A DNA stretch of 64,000 nt from Syntrophorhabdaceae bacterium (GCA_963665295.1 OY762209.1:2592001-2656000), one strand, 5' to 3'; positions 10,806 through 20,091 are shown, counted from the stretch's first letter. Program-made: numbers and translations. The notes: generated from the letters alone by a model not told the origin.

Positions 10806-11888
10806 CTAGTGTAGTGTCTCAGTAACGCCTTTACAGCGATTCACTTTTTCAAGTATCTCCTCGGCCTTCCTGGTCCATACGAAGGGTTTGGGGTCTTCGT
10901 TGTTGCAGCGAATATATTCTTCGATGGCGGTCACCAGTTCCTGAACGCTTTTGAAGATGCCGCGACGAATTCTCTTTCGTGTGATCTCCCCGAACCAGCG
11001 CTCCACCAGGTTAAGCCACGACGAGCTTGTGGGTGTAAAGTGGGGAACGAAACGGGGGTGTTTTTCGAGCCATGCTTTCACATTGGGGTGGGTATGAGTT
11101 CCGTAGTTGTCGAGAATCATATGGACATCGAGGCCCTTTGGCACCTGACGGTCTATGGTACGCAGGAACTTAAGAAATTCGGTATTTCTGTGGCGGGGAT
11201 AGCAGGAGCCTATGACTTTTCCTTCCAGAACATTGAGGGCGGCAAAAAGACAGGTAGTGCCGTTCCTTTTGTAGTCGTGGGTCATCGTGCCGCAGCGCCC
11301 CTTCTTCATCGGTAATCCCGGCTGGGTCCGGTCCAGGGCCTGCACCTGGCTTTTCTCATCCACACAGAGTACCACCGCTTTGTCGGGAGGATTGAGATAG
11401 ACGCCCACCACATCGGTCAGTTTCTCCACGAACTTCTTGTCTCTGGACAGCTTGAAAGTTTCTACCCGATGGGGCTGTAGTCCATGGGCATCCCAGATGC
11501 GCTGCACGGTGGCATGGCTCACGCCCTTCTCCTTTGCCATGGTGCGGGTGGACCACTGAGTAGCATCTTTGGGAGTTGTATGGAGCGTGGCTTCCACGAT
11601 GGTGCGCACTATCTCCGGGTTAAGGCGCCTTGAACTCGGCCCATGGGGTGCGTCCTCCGATAAGCCCGAGGGGCCCTGTTCTCTGAAGCGGCCTACCCAC
11701 AATATCACCGTAGGGCGGGAGGTATTGAGCCTCTTCGCTATGGCGTTATGGGACATCCCTTCTGCCGCGAGCAGGCAGATGCGGGAGCGTAGAACCACCC
11801 TTTGGGGAGTCTTCTTTGCTTTGACCCATGTTTCCAATGTCTTTCTCTGCTCTTCCGTCATGTCTAGCGTACTGGCTGGATTCCACAT
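10806..11888 (-). CDS. IS630-family transposase
   Basis: N-terminal HTH; CVDEKSQVQALDRTQP, ILDNYGTH, SSWLNLVERWF (DDE). Confidence 0.97.
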   Translation of the reverse strand: MWNPASTLDMTEEQRKTLETWVKAKKTPQRVVLRSRICLLAAEGMSHNAIAKRLNTSRPTVILWVGRFREQGPSGLSEDAPHGPSSRRLNPEIVRTIVEATLHTTPKDATQWSTRTMAKEKGVSHATVQRIWDAHGLQPHRVETFKLSRDKKFVEKLTDVVGVYLNPPDKAVVLCVDEKSQVQALDRTQPGLPMKKGRCGTMTHDYKRNGTTCLFAALNVLEGKVIGSCYPRHRNTEFLKFLRTIDRQVPKGLDVHMILDNYGTHTHPNVKAWLEKHPRFVPHFTPTSSSWLNLVERWFGEITRKRIRRGIFKSVQELVTAIEEYIRCNNEDPKPFVWTRKAEEILEKVNRCKGVTETLH

Positions 11889-11945
11889 GCACTATGATAG
11901 CATAGCCAAGGGTAATTGTAAAGCTATTAGTGAGACAGTACACTA
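10807..11945 (-). mobile_element. IS630-family insertion sequence, complete
   Basis: Ends TAGTGTAGTGTCTCAGTAA / TAGTGTACTGTCTCACTAA (17/19 inverted match); CTAG at both junctions (TA duplication). Confidence 0.95.
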
Positions 11946-12229
11946 GCTTTCAGATTGATCTCATTCAAGTCTTCCCATCTTCTTTCGTCTTGTTCAATCT
12001 CTCTGACAAAGTCTCTCTTCAGTTCGGGTTTAAGTTTGTGCAGTATCTCGTCCCTTATTCCCCACAATTGACCAATAGCGTTCCCCATATAGAAGAGTGC
12101 CTTTTCGCCATCGGGGTCATGAAGCCCCAACTCACGGACTTCACGGGCAGCCTCATCGATGCATTCCAATGCCTCCCCAAGTAGTAAATCTAAGTGTTCG
12201 AAAGAAGCCATATCCGATACCTCCATTTC

Positions 12230-12514
12230 TTACCGACCAACCGGAGAATTAGGGGATGGATACCCGAAGTCTCTGGTAGCATCAAACGCGGCTGCAGTCA
12301 TCGGATAGGTGACTGTCGCCGCGCAATACTTGCCATTCTTTATGTTGACCATAACCGTGATAGGCTCGATTTCGTCAGATTTGTTTTCCATGAGAACCTT
12401 AATGCTGCTGGAGGTATCCTGTTCAAAAATCTCAGGATTGAACAATTGGATGTCCTTTGCGCAAACTGACGAACATACGAAAAGGAGAAAAAGAATCGCA
12501 CTCACCGCTCTCAT
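12230..12514 (-). CDS. Small exported hypothetical protein (immunity-like, possibly chimeric)
   Basis: Signal peptide MRAVSAILFLLFVCSSVCA. Confidence 0.55.
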   Translation of the reverse strand: MRAVSAILFLLFVCSSVCAKDIQLFNPEIFEQDTSSSIKVLMENKSDEIEPITVMVNIKNGKYCAATVTYPMTAAAFDATRDFGYPSPNSPVGR

Positions 12515-12605
12515 CGTGCTCGTGCCGGCTTTCGAGGAAGATTGAATCCCGCCGTCAGCCTCATGGTGGAATGGTGTTTTGCTTTGGTTGTCGATTCAGA
12601 TAATC

Positions 12606-13007
12606 TCAAGACCGCCGCTCCTTCTTCCGCTGCCGAATTCGCTTGACAAGCCACACTCCAAGGGGAAACGAAGCTACAAGAGAAATAACCGTAAGGATTC
12701 CCTTAATCCCAAAACCGCCAATGATTATACTAAACGTTTCGGCGGCACTTCGCGTAGAGCCCAAACCGATTGCAACAAGGATGAGGAACAGCAACCCACA
12801 ATAAGATAGCCCACAAAGCAAACCATGGAATACGCTCCACTCCTTAAGGAAGATTCCTATTAGTATGCCGCCGATCAAGCCACCAACAGGTAGCCCTCTC
12901 ACTTTCTGAATTTCCATGTCAACCAAAACTACTACTACCGCCGTTGCGATCAAGATGGCTGAACTTCTTATCGCTCGATGCATAGGTCCTCCATCACCGC
13001 ATATCAC
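12606..13007 (-). CDS. Four-TM membrane protein, probable immunity partner of the orphan Rhs tip
   Basis: Hydrophobic segments and a basic C-tail; directly follows the orphan tip; GGAGG suggests a start near 12983. Confidence 0.65.
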   Translation of the reverse strand: MICGDGGPMHRAIRSSAILIATAVVVVLVDMEIQKVRGLPVGGLIGGILIGIFLKEWSVFHGLLCGLSYCGLLFLILVAIGLGSTRSAAETFSIIIGGFGIKGILTVISLVASFPLGVWLVKRIRQRKKERRS

Positions 13008-13465
13008 TTAACTCCGCCGGGACCTCCCGAGCCTATGCATTGAGTGTACTCAAGAGCACAGCGGGCGAGAGTCTGTTCCAATGTCTCACCCTCACGAGGA
13101 TTGTTGTTACACGATGCCCTCTCGAACTCGCAGCAAAATCCGCAAAAAATCCCGCAAACATAATCCGTCACTTTCTTGCATCCAGGCGCTTTGTGATCTC
13201 TGTATGTACACCAGGTGTATCTATCCAGTCCTTTTGGGTCTATATATCTCACCGGGTTATTTTCGACGTATACGAACAGATTTATCCCGCCTTTGAGTCC
13301 TATCGGATCGGCGGTAATATATCTCCCCGTCTTGCGATATGGTTTATTCAGCCACTCATTAAAATCCTGCCAAGTATCCGCAAGTTGCTCGGCAATATTT
13401 CTTTTCTCACAGTCGCTCGTAGAATCATTGCACGAACAACTCGGGGTCCGTCTTTCCATTGCCAA
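13004..13465 (-). pseudogene. Orphan Rhs core-end plus Cys-rich C-terminal tip
   Basis: TGRYITADPIGLKGGINLFVYVENNPVRYIDPKGL followed by a ~73-aa Cys-rich tip; 29 bp identical to the main Rhs (13299-13327 vs 14805-14833). Confidence 0.85.
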
Positions 13466-13497
13466 ATCGCAAGGCCACTTCTCCAGCGTTCCCGGTA

Positions 13498-13863
13498 CTA
13501 ATTCTTATTGGATCGTTTAACAGCCATTGGCCATAGTTGTTCAATCTGTTCTTGATCTGCTCGTCTTACGACAAACCACGTTCCATCTTCGTGCCGTTCG
13601 TTAAAAAATGGCAGACCAGCTTGCATAAGAACTTTCCTAAAGCGGATGGATTCTTCCTGGGTTTTCCACTTTAGGAAGTACCACGGGAACTGCGCATCAC
13701 GAACTCTATGTGCCGCATCGATGATACATTCGGCGTTTATGTCATCAAAGGCAACTGCGCCACTGTCATCCAAGTCGTAAGAAATGTCGGCACTTTTCAA
13801 TTCAGAAATAAAAGCGTTCTGGAGATCGGCATTCTCGAATCGGATCATATATATTAAATTCAT
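13498..13863 (-). CDS. Hypothetical protein (orphan immunity-like), intact copy
   Basis: 121-aa ORF duplicated at 10164-10517. Confidence 0.65.
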   Translation of the reverse strand: MNLIYMIRFENADLQNAFISELKSADISYDLDDSGAVAFDDINAECIIDAAHRVRDAQFPWYFLKWKTQEESIRFRKVLMQAGLPFFNERHEDGTWFVVRRADQEQIEQLWPMAVKRSNKN

Positions 13864-13980
13864 GTATTTCTTCTTTTACCGGGGGAAAGGAGAAGAAACA
13901 AGACGCCCGATCGTTGCCTGCCCCTTACTTTTATTCTGATTCCTTCCCGGTGCCTCCTTCCATATTCACGCCTTTTGATC

Positions 13981-14331
13981 TTAATGGGCGTCGTTCCTTC
14001 CGGAACCCTTCGAAGTCTCTTTCACCTCTATGTAATATTCCGATTCCCCTTTTTGCACGCTGAATTCTTCTTCGAATTGTTTGATCTTTATCTTGTGAGT
14101 TCCGTGAGGAAGCCATTTCGAGAAGTACGAGCCATCGCCAAATTTCTCCATTTTGCCGACAAAGGTACCATCAATATAGACGGATGCTCCGATCATGTCC
14201 TTGCCGCCAAAAATCTTCAGGCTGAATTCCGTTCCTCTGCCCGAGCAAGAATATGAAGCGCAGATCAGTGCTCCCACTAGCAAGATGGCGCATACAACAT
14301 ATCTTTTCATGCGGTTCTTTGTCCTCGTCAT
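13981..14331 (-). CDS. Putative lipoprotein with PEGA-like domain; candidate cognate immunity protein
   Basis: Hydrophobic N-terminus ending ...YSC; GASVYIDGTFVGK...LPHGTHKIKI; first gene after the Rhs. Confidence 0.6.
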   Translation of the reverse strand: MTRTKNRMKRYVVCAILLVGALICASYSCSGRGTEFSLKIFGGKDMIGASVYIDGTFVGKMEKFGDGSYFSKWLPHGTHKIKIKQFEEEFSVQKGESEYYIEVKETSKGSGRNDAH

Positions 14332-14341
14332 GGGAGTCTTC

Positions 14342-17300
14342 CTACCACCAGCCGCTTCCACCGTGGCCTTTAAGATATACCAGACCCCCGGTACTTAATT
14401 TATCCCGACAGCATTGGTCACATGTCTTGTTGTTCTTGCATCCTTTGTTACCCGCGCAGTCTCTTCCCTCCGCATTGTTGTGTAAATCCATTATGGACGA
14501 CGAAGGCACATCATAAATTGGAATTTTGCTGTTATCGTATATTTCGTGACCTGTGCCGGCCATGAAAGCTGTTGTCCAACCGCATTGTTTGACCATTTCA
14601 CAATTCCACATGCAGTGCAAATAAGCATTCCATGGGGTATTATCTCTGCGAACACCGGGAATTCCAGAAGATAGAGACTGTCTGAACACTGCCCCCGCCA
14701 CCCTTTTGGCGCAATCCCCGTCCCATACTGCCAGTCCCTTCGGGTCAATCTTGTTCACCGGATTGTTCTCCACGTACACGAACAAATTAATCCCCCCATC
14801 CAACCCTATCGGATCGGCGGTAATATATCTCCCTGTCTCCGGCTTGTAGTACCGGTAGTAATTATAGCTCAGTCCGGTCTCACTGTCATAGTACTGGCCG
14901 GGAAAGCGGAAATTGTTCTCCACCGTTGCCGTTGACACCTGTGCCTTGCCGAAGGCGGTGTAGAATGCCTTCCATGCCACATTGCCGCTGGAGTCAGTAA
15001 GCGCCTGGGGGGTGTCCAAATGGTCGTTGTGATAATAATAAACCGCCTCAGCCGGCCTTATCATGGCAAGAGGCTGATCGCCGAGATAGATATATTCGGC
15101 GAGCATCCGACCCGCTCCGTCCGTCTCGGCGATGATGTGACCTTTGGAATCATAGTGAAAGATCCACGTACCGCTTGAAGTTACCTTTTTGACCCTCTGC
15201 CCGACTCCATTGAACGTATACTGAGCGATCTGAGCAGCCCCGTCCCATACGCCGGTCAACTGGTTGAGGACGTCGTAGACATAGGTCCGGGTGTTCTCCG
15301 TGATGGTATTGCCGTTGGCGTCCGTAGTGAAGAGGGTCCCGTCTACTTGGGTAAGCACATTCGACCCGGTTTCATAGGCGTAGGTTGCGGCCGGGTCGAC
15401 GGGGGTGCTCCCCGGCGGGTTGATCTGGTCGGCCACGGAGGTAATGTTCCCGTTCGCGTCGTACCCGTAGATGCGGTGAAGAACCGACCCTGCCATGAGG
15501 GAGGATACCCTGTACCGGTTATCATACCCCTGGCTTAAGGAGAGGCCGTTTCCGTAGACAAGACCGGTTATCCCGCCAAAGGGAAGGTAGCTGACGGATG
15601 AGGCGAGGGTTTTCGGGCTTCCGTTCACGGTGGTGTCCACCTGAACGGTACGCTGCGCCCCGTCCAGCATATATACCACCGTCCTCCCTGTGGGATAGGT
15701 GACGGAAGTGAGGACATCATTCTTGTTATAGCCGTAAAGGGTAGTATAAAGGACGCCGCTTACGGTCTTGTCTTCCCTTACCATATTGCCCTGCGCATCG
15801 TAATGGAAAACATAGGCGCCGCTCGGATCAACCCTGCCCGTAAGCCTTCCCATTCCGTAACCGACGGAGGGGGAGTCATAGGTATTGGTGATATCCTGGG
15901 ACGGGTCGGCGGGGAAATGGACGGAGGCAAGGCGGTTCTGCGCGTCATAGGCATAGACGATGGTCTGACCGCCGGCGTCGGTGGTCCCTGTAAGGTTGCC
16001 TGCTCCATCATAGGAGTGCATCGTCGTACCCGTGTCAGGGGAGACGGTCCGGCATTTCTTTCCGAAATCGTCAAACTGGTAGGCGGTGGCGTTGCCCAGA
16101 GGGTCGGATATTGACGCGGGATTGTCCTGCGTGTCATATCCATAGGAAATCTGGGCGGTAAACGGCGGGGTCATCTCTGTTTTCCGGTTCAGGGCGTCGT
16201 AACCAAAAGTTGTGGTGTGACTTCTTGGGTCCGTTATGGCGGTAACGTTTCCCCTCCCGTCATAGCCATACCCTGTCGATGTATTATCCGGATTGACGAC
16301 GTCGGTCAGCCGGTTGTAGGAATCATGGGCAAAATCGAGATATGTCCTTACCGCGCCCTGGGGGTCTATTATATCCTGAGAGGTGCGGTTTCCCTGATCG
16401 TCGTACCCGTATTGCATCCTGTTTCCCGGACCGTCCCTTATCTCGGTTAACCTGTCTGCCGGGTTATAGGTAAAGTCGATCCTGTTTCCTTCGGGGAATA
16501 CGACATACGCAGTGTTGCCATGACCGTCGTAGCCGTATTGGGTCACCGCGTTTGCGATCTGGTTGGTGACGGACAGTATCCTGTTCCGCTGGTCGTAGGT
16601 CCGCCGGGTGATGACCCCGTTCGGATCGGTGACGGCGCCTACGTTGCCGTTTGCGTCATATTCCCCGAAGAGGGTTATCTGTCCCAGGGCGTTGCTGATG
16701 GAGCGGAGTCTGCCCTGGTTGTTCCCCTGAGACGGCGTGTTGGGGTAATAGTCGAAGGTGGTGATATCGGAGACGTCTGTCCTCGGATCGTCGATCCGCG
16801 TAAGCTGACCCGAGCCGTTATACTCGTAGGAGGTGGCGCCGGAAACAAGGGTCGCTGTACCGTCAATATAAGCGTATCCCGTTTCCGTTTTCGAGGTGAT
16901 ATTCCCCCCGGCATCATAGACGGCGGTAATCACCTTGCTTTGAGAGGGGTTGACCACACTCGCCTTGGTCTCGGTGCTTTGGGTGAGAAGAAAAGGGTCG
17001 TCCGTTCGGTGGGTATAGGTGTAACTCGTGGTCCGCTCTCCCGGGAGACCCTGAGCCTCCGTCTTCTGGACGATCTCACCTATCCGCGTCCACCAATTGT
17101 CGGGAGCGTCATAGGCATATCGGGTGGTATAGGACTGCCCTCCCGACACCACCGTCACTGACGCGAGGTCAAGGCCGGGAGCATAGGTGAAGACCTTGGT
17201 GATGCCCCCGCAGGTCGAACAGTTGTCGATCTCTGTGATAACCCGTATACCGTTACTGATAGCCGTCTTATACGTAGTGGCCCCGGTGGACCTTGTGACG

Positions 17301-18568
17301 GTGACGGGTTGATCCGCTGAAGAGCGGTCGTAGGTGAAGGCGGTCTGCTCCTGATACGCGCCGTTATCCACGTACCGGTAATAATTGGACACCCTCCCGT
17401 TCGCGTCGTAATCCCAGTGGCCGATGAGGTAGTTCGAGGAGTCGTACTTGTCGGTCATATTATGGTTGGAATAGGCGTAGGCCGACGAGCGCCCGTCGGG
17501 GTAGCTCACTCCCGTCAGGTCGGAGCCGGTATAGGCGTAGGTGACTGACTGCCCCTTAGGGTCGGTGATGGAAGAAACGCGCCCTCCTGAATACTGGAAC
17601 GTGAGGGAGTTTCCGAAGTTATTGGAGACCTGGGCAAGAAGACCTCCCGAGTATGTCAGGGTGAGGGTGTTCCCGTTGGGGTCGGATATCTGAAGGAGCG
17701 TCCCGTCGGAGCCGAACAGATAGGTGAGGTTGGCGCCCTTCGTGCGAAGCACGTACCGGCCGGTGGAGGTTATCCGGGTAAGCCTGTCTTTGACCCCTGA
17801 CTCCCCGTAAAAATCCGTCTCGCCCGCATTGGAGTGATAAAGCTCGGTGAAGTAAAGACCGCGGCCATCCGCGGAGCGGACCTTCACTCGTGTGAAGGGG
17901 GTTGTGTGAACGACCTGAAGGCTGAGGCCAAAGCTGTGGGTCCATCCATGGCCCAGGGGTCCGTCGGAAGCGGTAAGACTGTTATAGTGTCTCACGAATT
18001 GGAGCGGTATCCCCGGCGCCGATAGGGAGATATCGACGGCCCTCTCATATTTGTTGCCTGTCGCCACCTTGACAGGATTACAGACATAATCGTCGCATGG
18101 GGTTTGTCCCGGCCCTCCGGCGTCACCCGTGGAGCCTGCGCCACCCAGATTCTTGTCGTCGGCCTCGACGTTGGGGTCAGGCATCTCGACGGGGATGGGG
18201 GTGTTGCACCCGGCCCGCGGGTACCAGTAATCCCTCCTGTAGGAGATGGACGGGTCACCTCTGCGACAGGCGTAGGCGCCGAACCCGCAGCCCGAGTCGC
18301 CCGCGTCCGAACAGCCGAGTGTGGACCCGCAGTCCGAGCATGTCCAGGGCCAGTAATAACCCGACGTACCGGCGCAATCGGCCTCGGCCGTCGCTTGGGC
18401 GGAAGCCGCGTCGGCAAATATGTCAACCGGGATGGGTGCCGAAGCGAGACATTGAGCGAGGGACGTATCCGGTTGAAACCCCCAGTAAGCTGCGATACTC
18501 GGGTGAGGCAGGAATAATGTGAGCAGTGCTGCCGGGATCAGCCATCTGATATGAACCATCCTCTTCAT
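14342..18568 (-). CDS. Rhs/YD-repeat polymorphic toxin: Sec signal peptide, Cys-rich N-terminus, DUF6531-like plug, Rhs core, DUF6973-like tip
   Basis: MKRMVHIRWLIPAALLTLFLPHPSIA; NPVKVATGNKY...LGHGWTHS; many YD repeats; RFPGQYYDSETGLSYNYYRYY...DPIGL...IDPKGL; tip NAYLHCMW...GHE...MDLHNNAEGR. Confidence 0.93.
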   Translation of the reverse strand: MKRMVHIRWLIPAALLTLFLPHPSIAAYWGFQPDTSLAQCLASAPIPVDIFADAASAQATAEADCAGTSGYYWPWTCSDCGSTLGCSDAGDSGCGFGAYACRRGDPSISYRRDYWYPRAGCNTPIPVEMPDPNVEADDKNLGGAGSTGDAGGPGQTPCDDYVCNPVKVATGNKYERAVDISLSAPGIPLQFVRHYNSLTASDGPLGHGWTHSFGLSLQVVHTTPFTRVKVRSADGRGLYFTELYHSNAGETDFYGESGVKDRLTRITSTGRYVLRTKGANLTYLFGSDGTLLQISDPNGNTLTLTYSGGLLAQVSNNFGNSLTFQYSGGRVSSITDPKGQSVTYAYTGSDLTGVSYPDGRSSAYAYSNHNMTDKYDSSNYLIGHWDYDANGRVSNYYRYVDNGAYQEQTAFTYDRSSADQPVTVTRSTGATTYKTAISNGIRVITEIDNCSTCGGITKVFTYAPGLDLASVTVVSGGQSYTTRYAYDAPDNWWTRIGEIVQKTEAQGLPGERTTSYTYTHRTDDPFLLTQSTETKASVVNPSQSKVITAVYDAGGNITSKTETGYAYIDGTATLVSGATSYEYNGSGQLTRIDDPRTDVSDITTFDYYPNTPSQGNNQGRLRSISNALGQITLFGEYDANGNVGAVTDPNGVITRRTYDQRNRILSVTNQIANAVTQYGYDGHGNTAYVVFPEGNRIDFTYNPADRLTEIRDGPGNRMQYGYDDQGNRTSQDIIDPQGAVRTYLDFAHDSYNRLTDVVNPDNTSTGYGYDGRGNVTAITDPRSHTTTFGYDALNRKTEMTPPFTAQISYGYDTQDNPASISDPLGNATAYQFDDFGKKCRTVSPDTGTTMHSYDGAGNLTGTTDAGGQTIVYAYDAQNRLASVHFPADPSQDITNTYDSPSVGYGMGRLTGRVDPSGAYVFHYDAQGNMVREDKTVSGVLYTTLYGYNKNDVLTSVTYPTGRTVVYMLDGAQRTVQVDTTVNGSPKTLASSVSYLPFGGITGLVYGNGLSLSQGYDNRYRVSSLMAGSVLHRIYGYDANGNITSVADQINPPGSTPVDPAATYAYETGSNVLTQVDGTLFTTDANGNTITENTRTYVYDVLNQLTGVWDGAAQIAQYTFNGVGQRVKKVTSSGTWIFHYDSKGHIIAETDGAGRMLAEYIYLGDQPLAMIRPAEAVYYYHNDHLDTPQALTDSSGNVAWKAFYTAFGKAQVSTATVENNFRFPGQYYDSETGLSYNYYRYYKPETGRYITADPIGLDGGINLFVYVENNPVNKIDPKGLAVWDGDCAKRVAGAVFRQSLSSGIPGVRRDNTPWNAYLHCMWNCEMVKQCGWTTAFMAGTGHEIYDNSKIPIYDVPSSSIMDLHNNAEGRDCAGNKGCKNNKTCDQCCRDKLSTGGLVYLKGHGGSGWW

Positions 18569-18912
18569 AAAATTCTTCCCGAGCGGCAATTGCACCACGG
18601 TACTATGACAGGCCTTGCAGGCCCCGCCGCGTTTCCGGGCTCGCGGTGTCCTCATGCGGGTCTGATGATATTTCGTAAGGTGTTTTGGATGTATATAACT
18701 TTCTTTCGACCACCGTATGTGCGGTGGGTCACATTTCTCCGAAAAAGACGTGTCCTGCCGGCGAAAAAAAGCGGCAGGCAGGGAGGAGCACCGGCATTTG
18801 CCGTGACTTTTGGGTATCATTGACCCTTCTCTGTGCGGGAATGATGATTATACTATAAGAAGCCCGGTGAACATAGGGGCGCCAATCGCACTAAACATAG
18901 AGGAGGTAGATC

Positions 18913-19299
18913 GTGAAACTGAGTGAATACTTTGAAAATGCAACAGGCCGGGGCGTACTCGCCACGTCGGGGACCGGAGGCACGGTGGATGTGGCCGTTT
19001 ACTCGCGTCCCCATTTTGTTGACGAAGATACGATTGCCTATATCATGACGGACCGGCTTACCCACATGAACCTTCAGTCAAACCCGCATGCGGCGTATCT
19101 ATTTATCGAATCGGGGGAGCACTATGAAGGGAAGAGGCTTTATCTCACAAAAACGGGGGAGGAGACCGACCCTGAAGCGATCGCCAAGATGAGGTGGAGG
19201 TCGACATATACGATCCCCGAGAACCAGAAGAATGAAAAAAGGTTTCTGGTTTTCTTCAAGATCGACAGAGTGCTTCCCCTTATAGGGGAAAAGATGTAG
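18913..19299 (+). CDS. Pyridoxamine 5'-phosphate oxidase-like FMN-binding protein
   Basis: GVLAT...AVYSRPH...THMNLQSNPHAAYLF; AGGAGG upstream. Confidence 0.8.
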   Translation: MKLSEYFENATGRGVLATSGTGGTVDVAVYSRPHFVDEDTIAYIMTDRLTHMNLQSNPHAAYLFIESGEHYEGKRLYLTKTGEETDPEAIAKMRWRSTYTIPENQKNEKRFLVFFKIDRVLPLIGEKM

Positions 19300-19304
19300 T
19301 AGCC

Positions 19305-19475
19305 GTGCACGATCACCCTCACCCACACAAGCGGCCGGGCATAGGCATGTTTCTCACCAACCTTCACGCGGACATGCCTCTTTCGAGGAAGATATGGCTC
19401 ATCTTCAGGAACAACATGAAGAAGATCCTGACCCTGAGCAGTTGCTGCGGACACCACGGCGAACCGGGTTGCTGA
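19305..19475 (+). CDS. 56-aa His/Cys-rich small protein ending CCGHHGEPGC
   Basis: Hand translation: MHDHPHPHKRPGIGMFLTNLHADMPLSRKIWLIFRNNMKKILTLSSCCGHHGEPGC*; below the ORF-track cutoff. Confidence 0.65.
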   Translation: MHDHPHPHKRPGIGMFLTNLHADMPLSRKIWLIFRNNMKKILTLSSCCGHHGEPGC

Positions 19476-19548
19476 CAGACGGATGACGGGCCCACCGGTC
19501 GGTGAGCCAAATACGGCGGTCTTTAGGGGCTGAGGCGCGAGGGGAGGG

Positions 19549-20091
19549 TCAGGAACGGTCCTTCCCGGCCTCCGCCACCTTTTCTCTATAAATGCGATGG
19601 ATCAGTTCCCTGTCGAAGACCTGCTCCTCGGCAAGCATGGCCTCCAACTCATTCGGCGCCAGGTATGACATGGAGGGCAGGAAGAAGTGCCTGTCTTCCT
19701 TTTCCATGTGTTTCGGGTAGAATTCGACGAAGAACCGCAGGTGGTCCAGGATGACCCGGGACTGGTCTTTTTCGCCCCGGAGGTACCTTTCCTTGGCGGT
19801 CACGAGTTGGGCCACATTCTCCCGTCCCTTCCGGTGGTCCCCGACCAGTTCCTCCATCATGAGCCTGTCATAGAAGGAGAGCGCCTTTTTGCCGAGTTCC
19901 CTGAAGAGGATATCCTCCTCTTTGCCGTGATGGCACCGGTCCGCGTAGACGCGTATAAAATCAACCGCTTCGTCGATGAATCCCGGGTCGATGGGCCCGC
20001 CGCTTTCGACCCTTTCGATCTCTTTTCTTATTGCGGAGATCATCTTCTCTATGAGTCTGTGTTCAATCATGAGAGGAGCTATGGGCAGCAT
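19549..20091 (-). CDS. Hemerythrin/HHE cation-binding protein
   Basis: EHRLI...YADRCHHGKEEDILF...DH...HMEKED. Confidence 0.9.
   Translation of the reverse strand: MLPIAPLMIEHRLIEKMISAIRKEIERVESGGPIDPGFIDEAVDFIRVYADRCHHGKEEDILFRELGKKALSFYDRLMMEELVGDHRKGRENVAQLVTAKERYLRGEKDQSRVILDHLRFFVEFYPKHMEKEDRHFFLPSMSYLAPNELEAMLAEEQVFDRELIHRIYREKVAEAGKDRS

Larger units (their letters stand above)
10670..12226 (-). pseudogene. ~140-aa helical hypothetical (immunity-like) gene split by IS630
   Basis: Removing the IS joins ...DLNEINLKA to SAAEFNGQTEEATGLYNELLEDSRYGYFQLLAEAGLYRLSKRTGR* in frame (TGA 10670-10672). Confidence 0.85.
10164..13861. repeat. 354-bp direct repeat (10164-10517 and 13508-13861)
   Basis: Only one substitution seen (gttcggtaa vs gttcgttaa); a 1-nt indel lies at the boundary. 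Confidence 0.95.

Noticed and set aside
18569..18820. 84-aa N-terminal extension of the Rhs ORF
   Set aside because: A signal peptide begins at M85 (18568); the upstream part looks non-coding.
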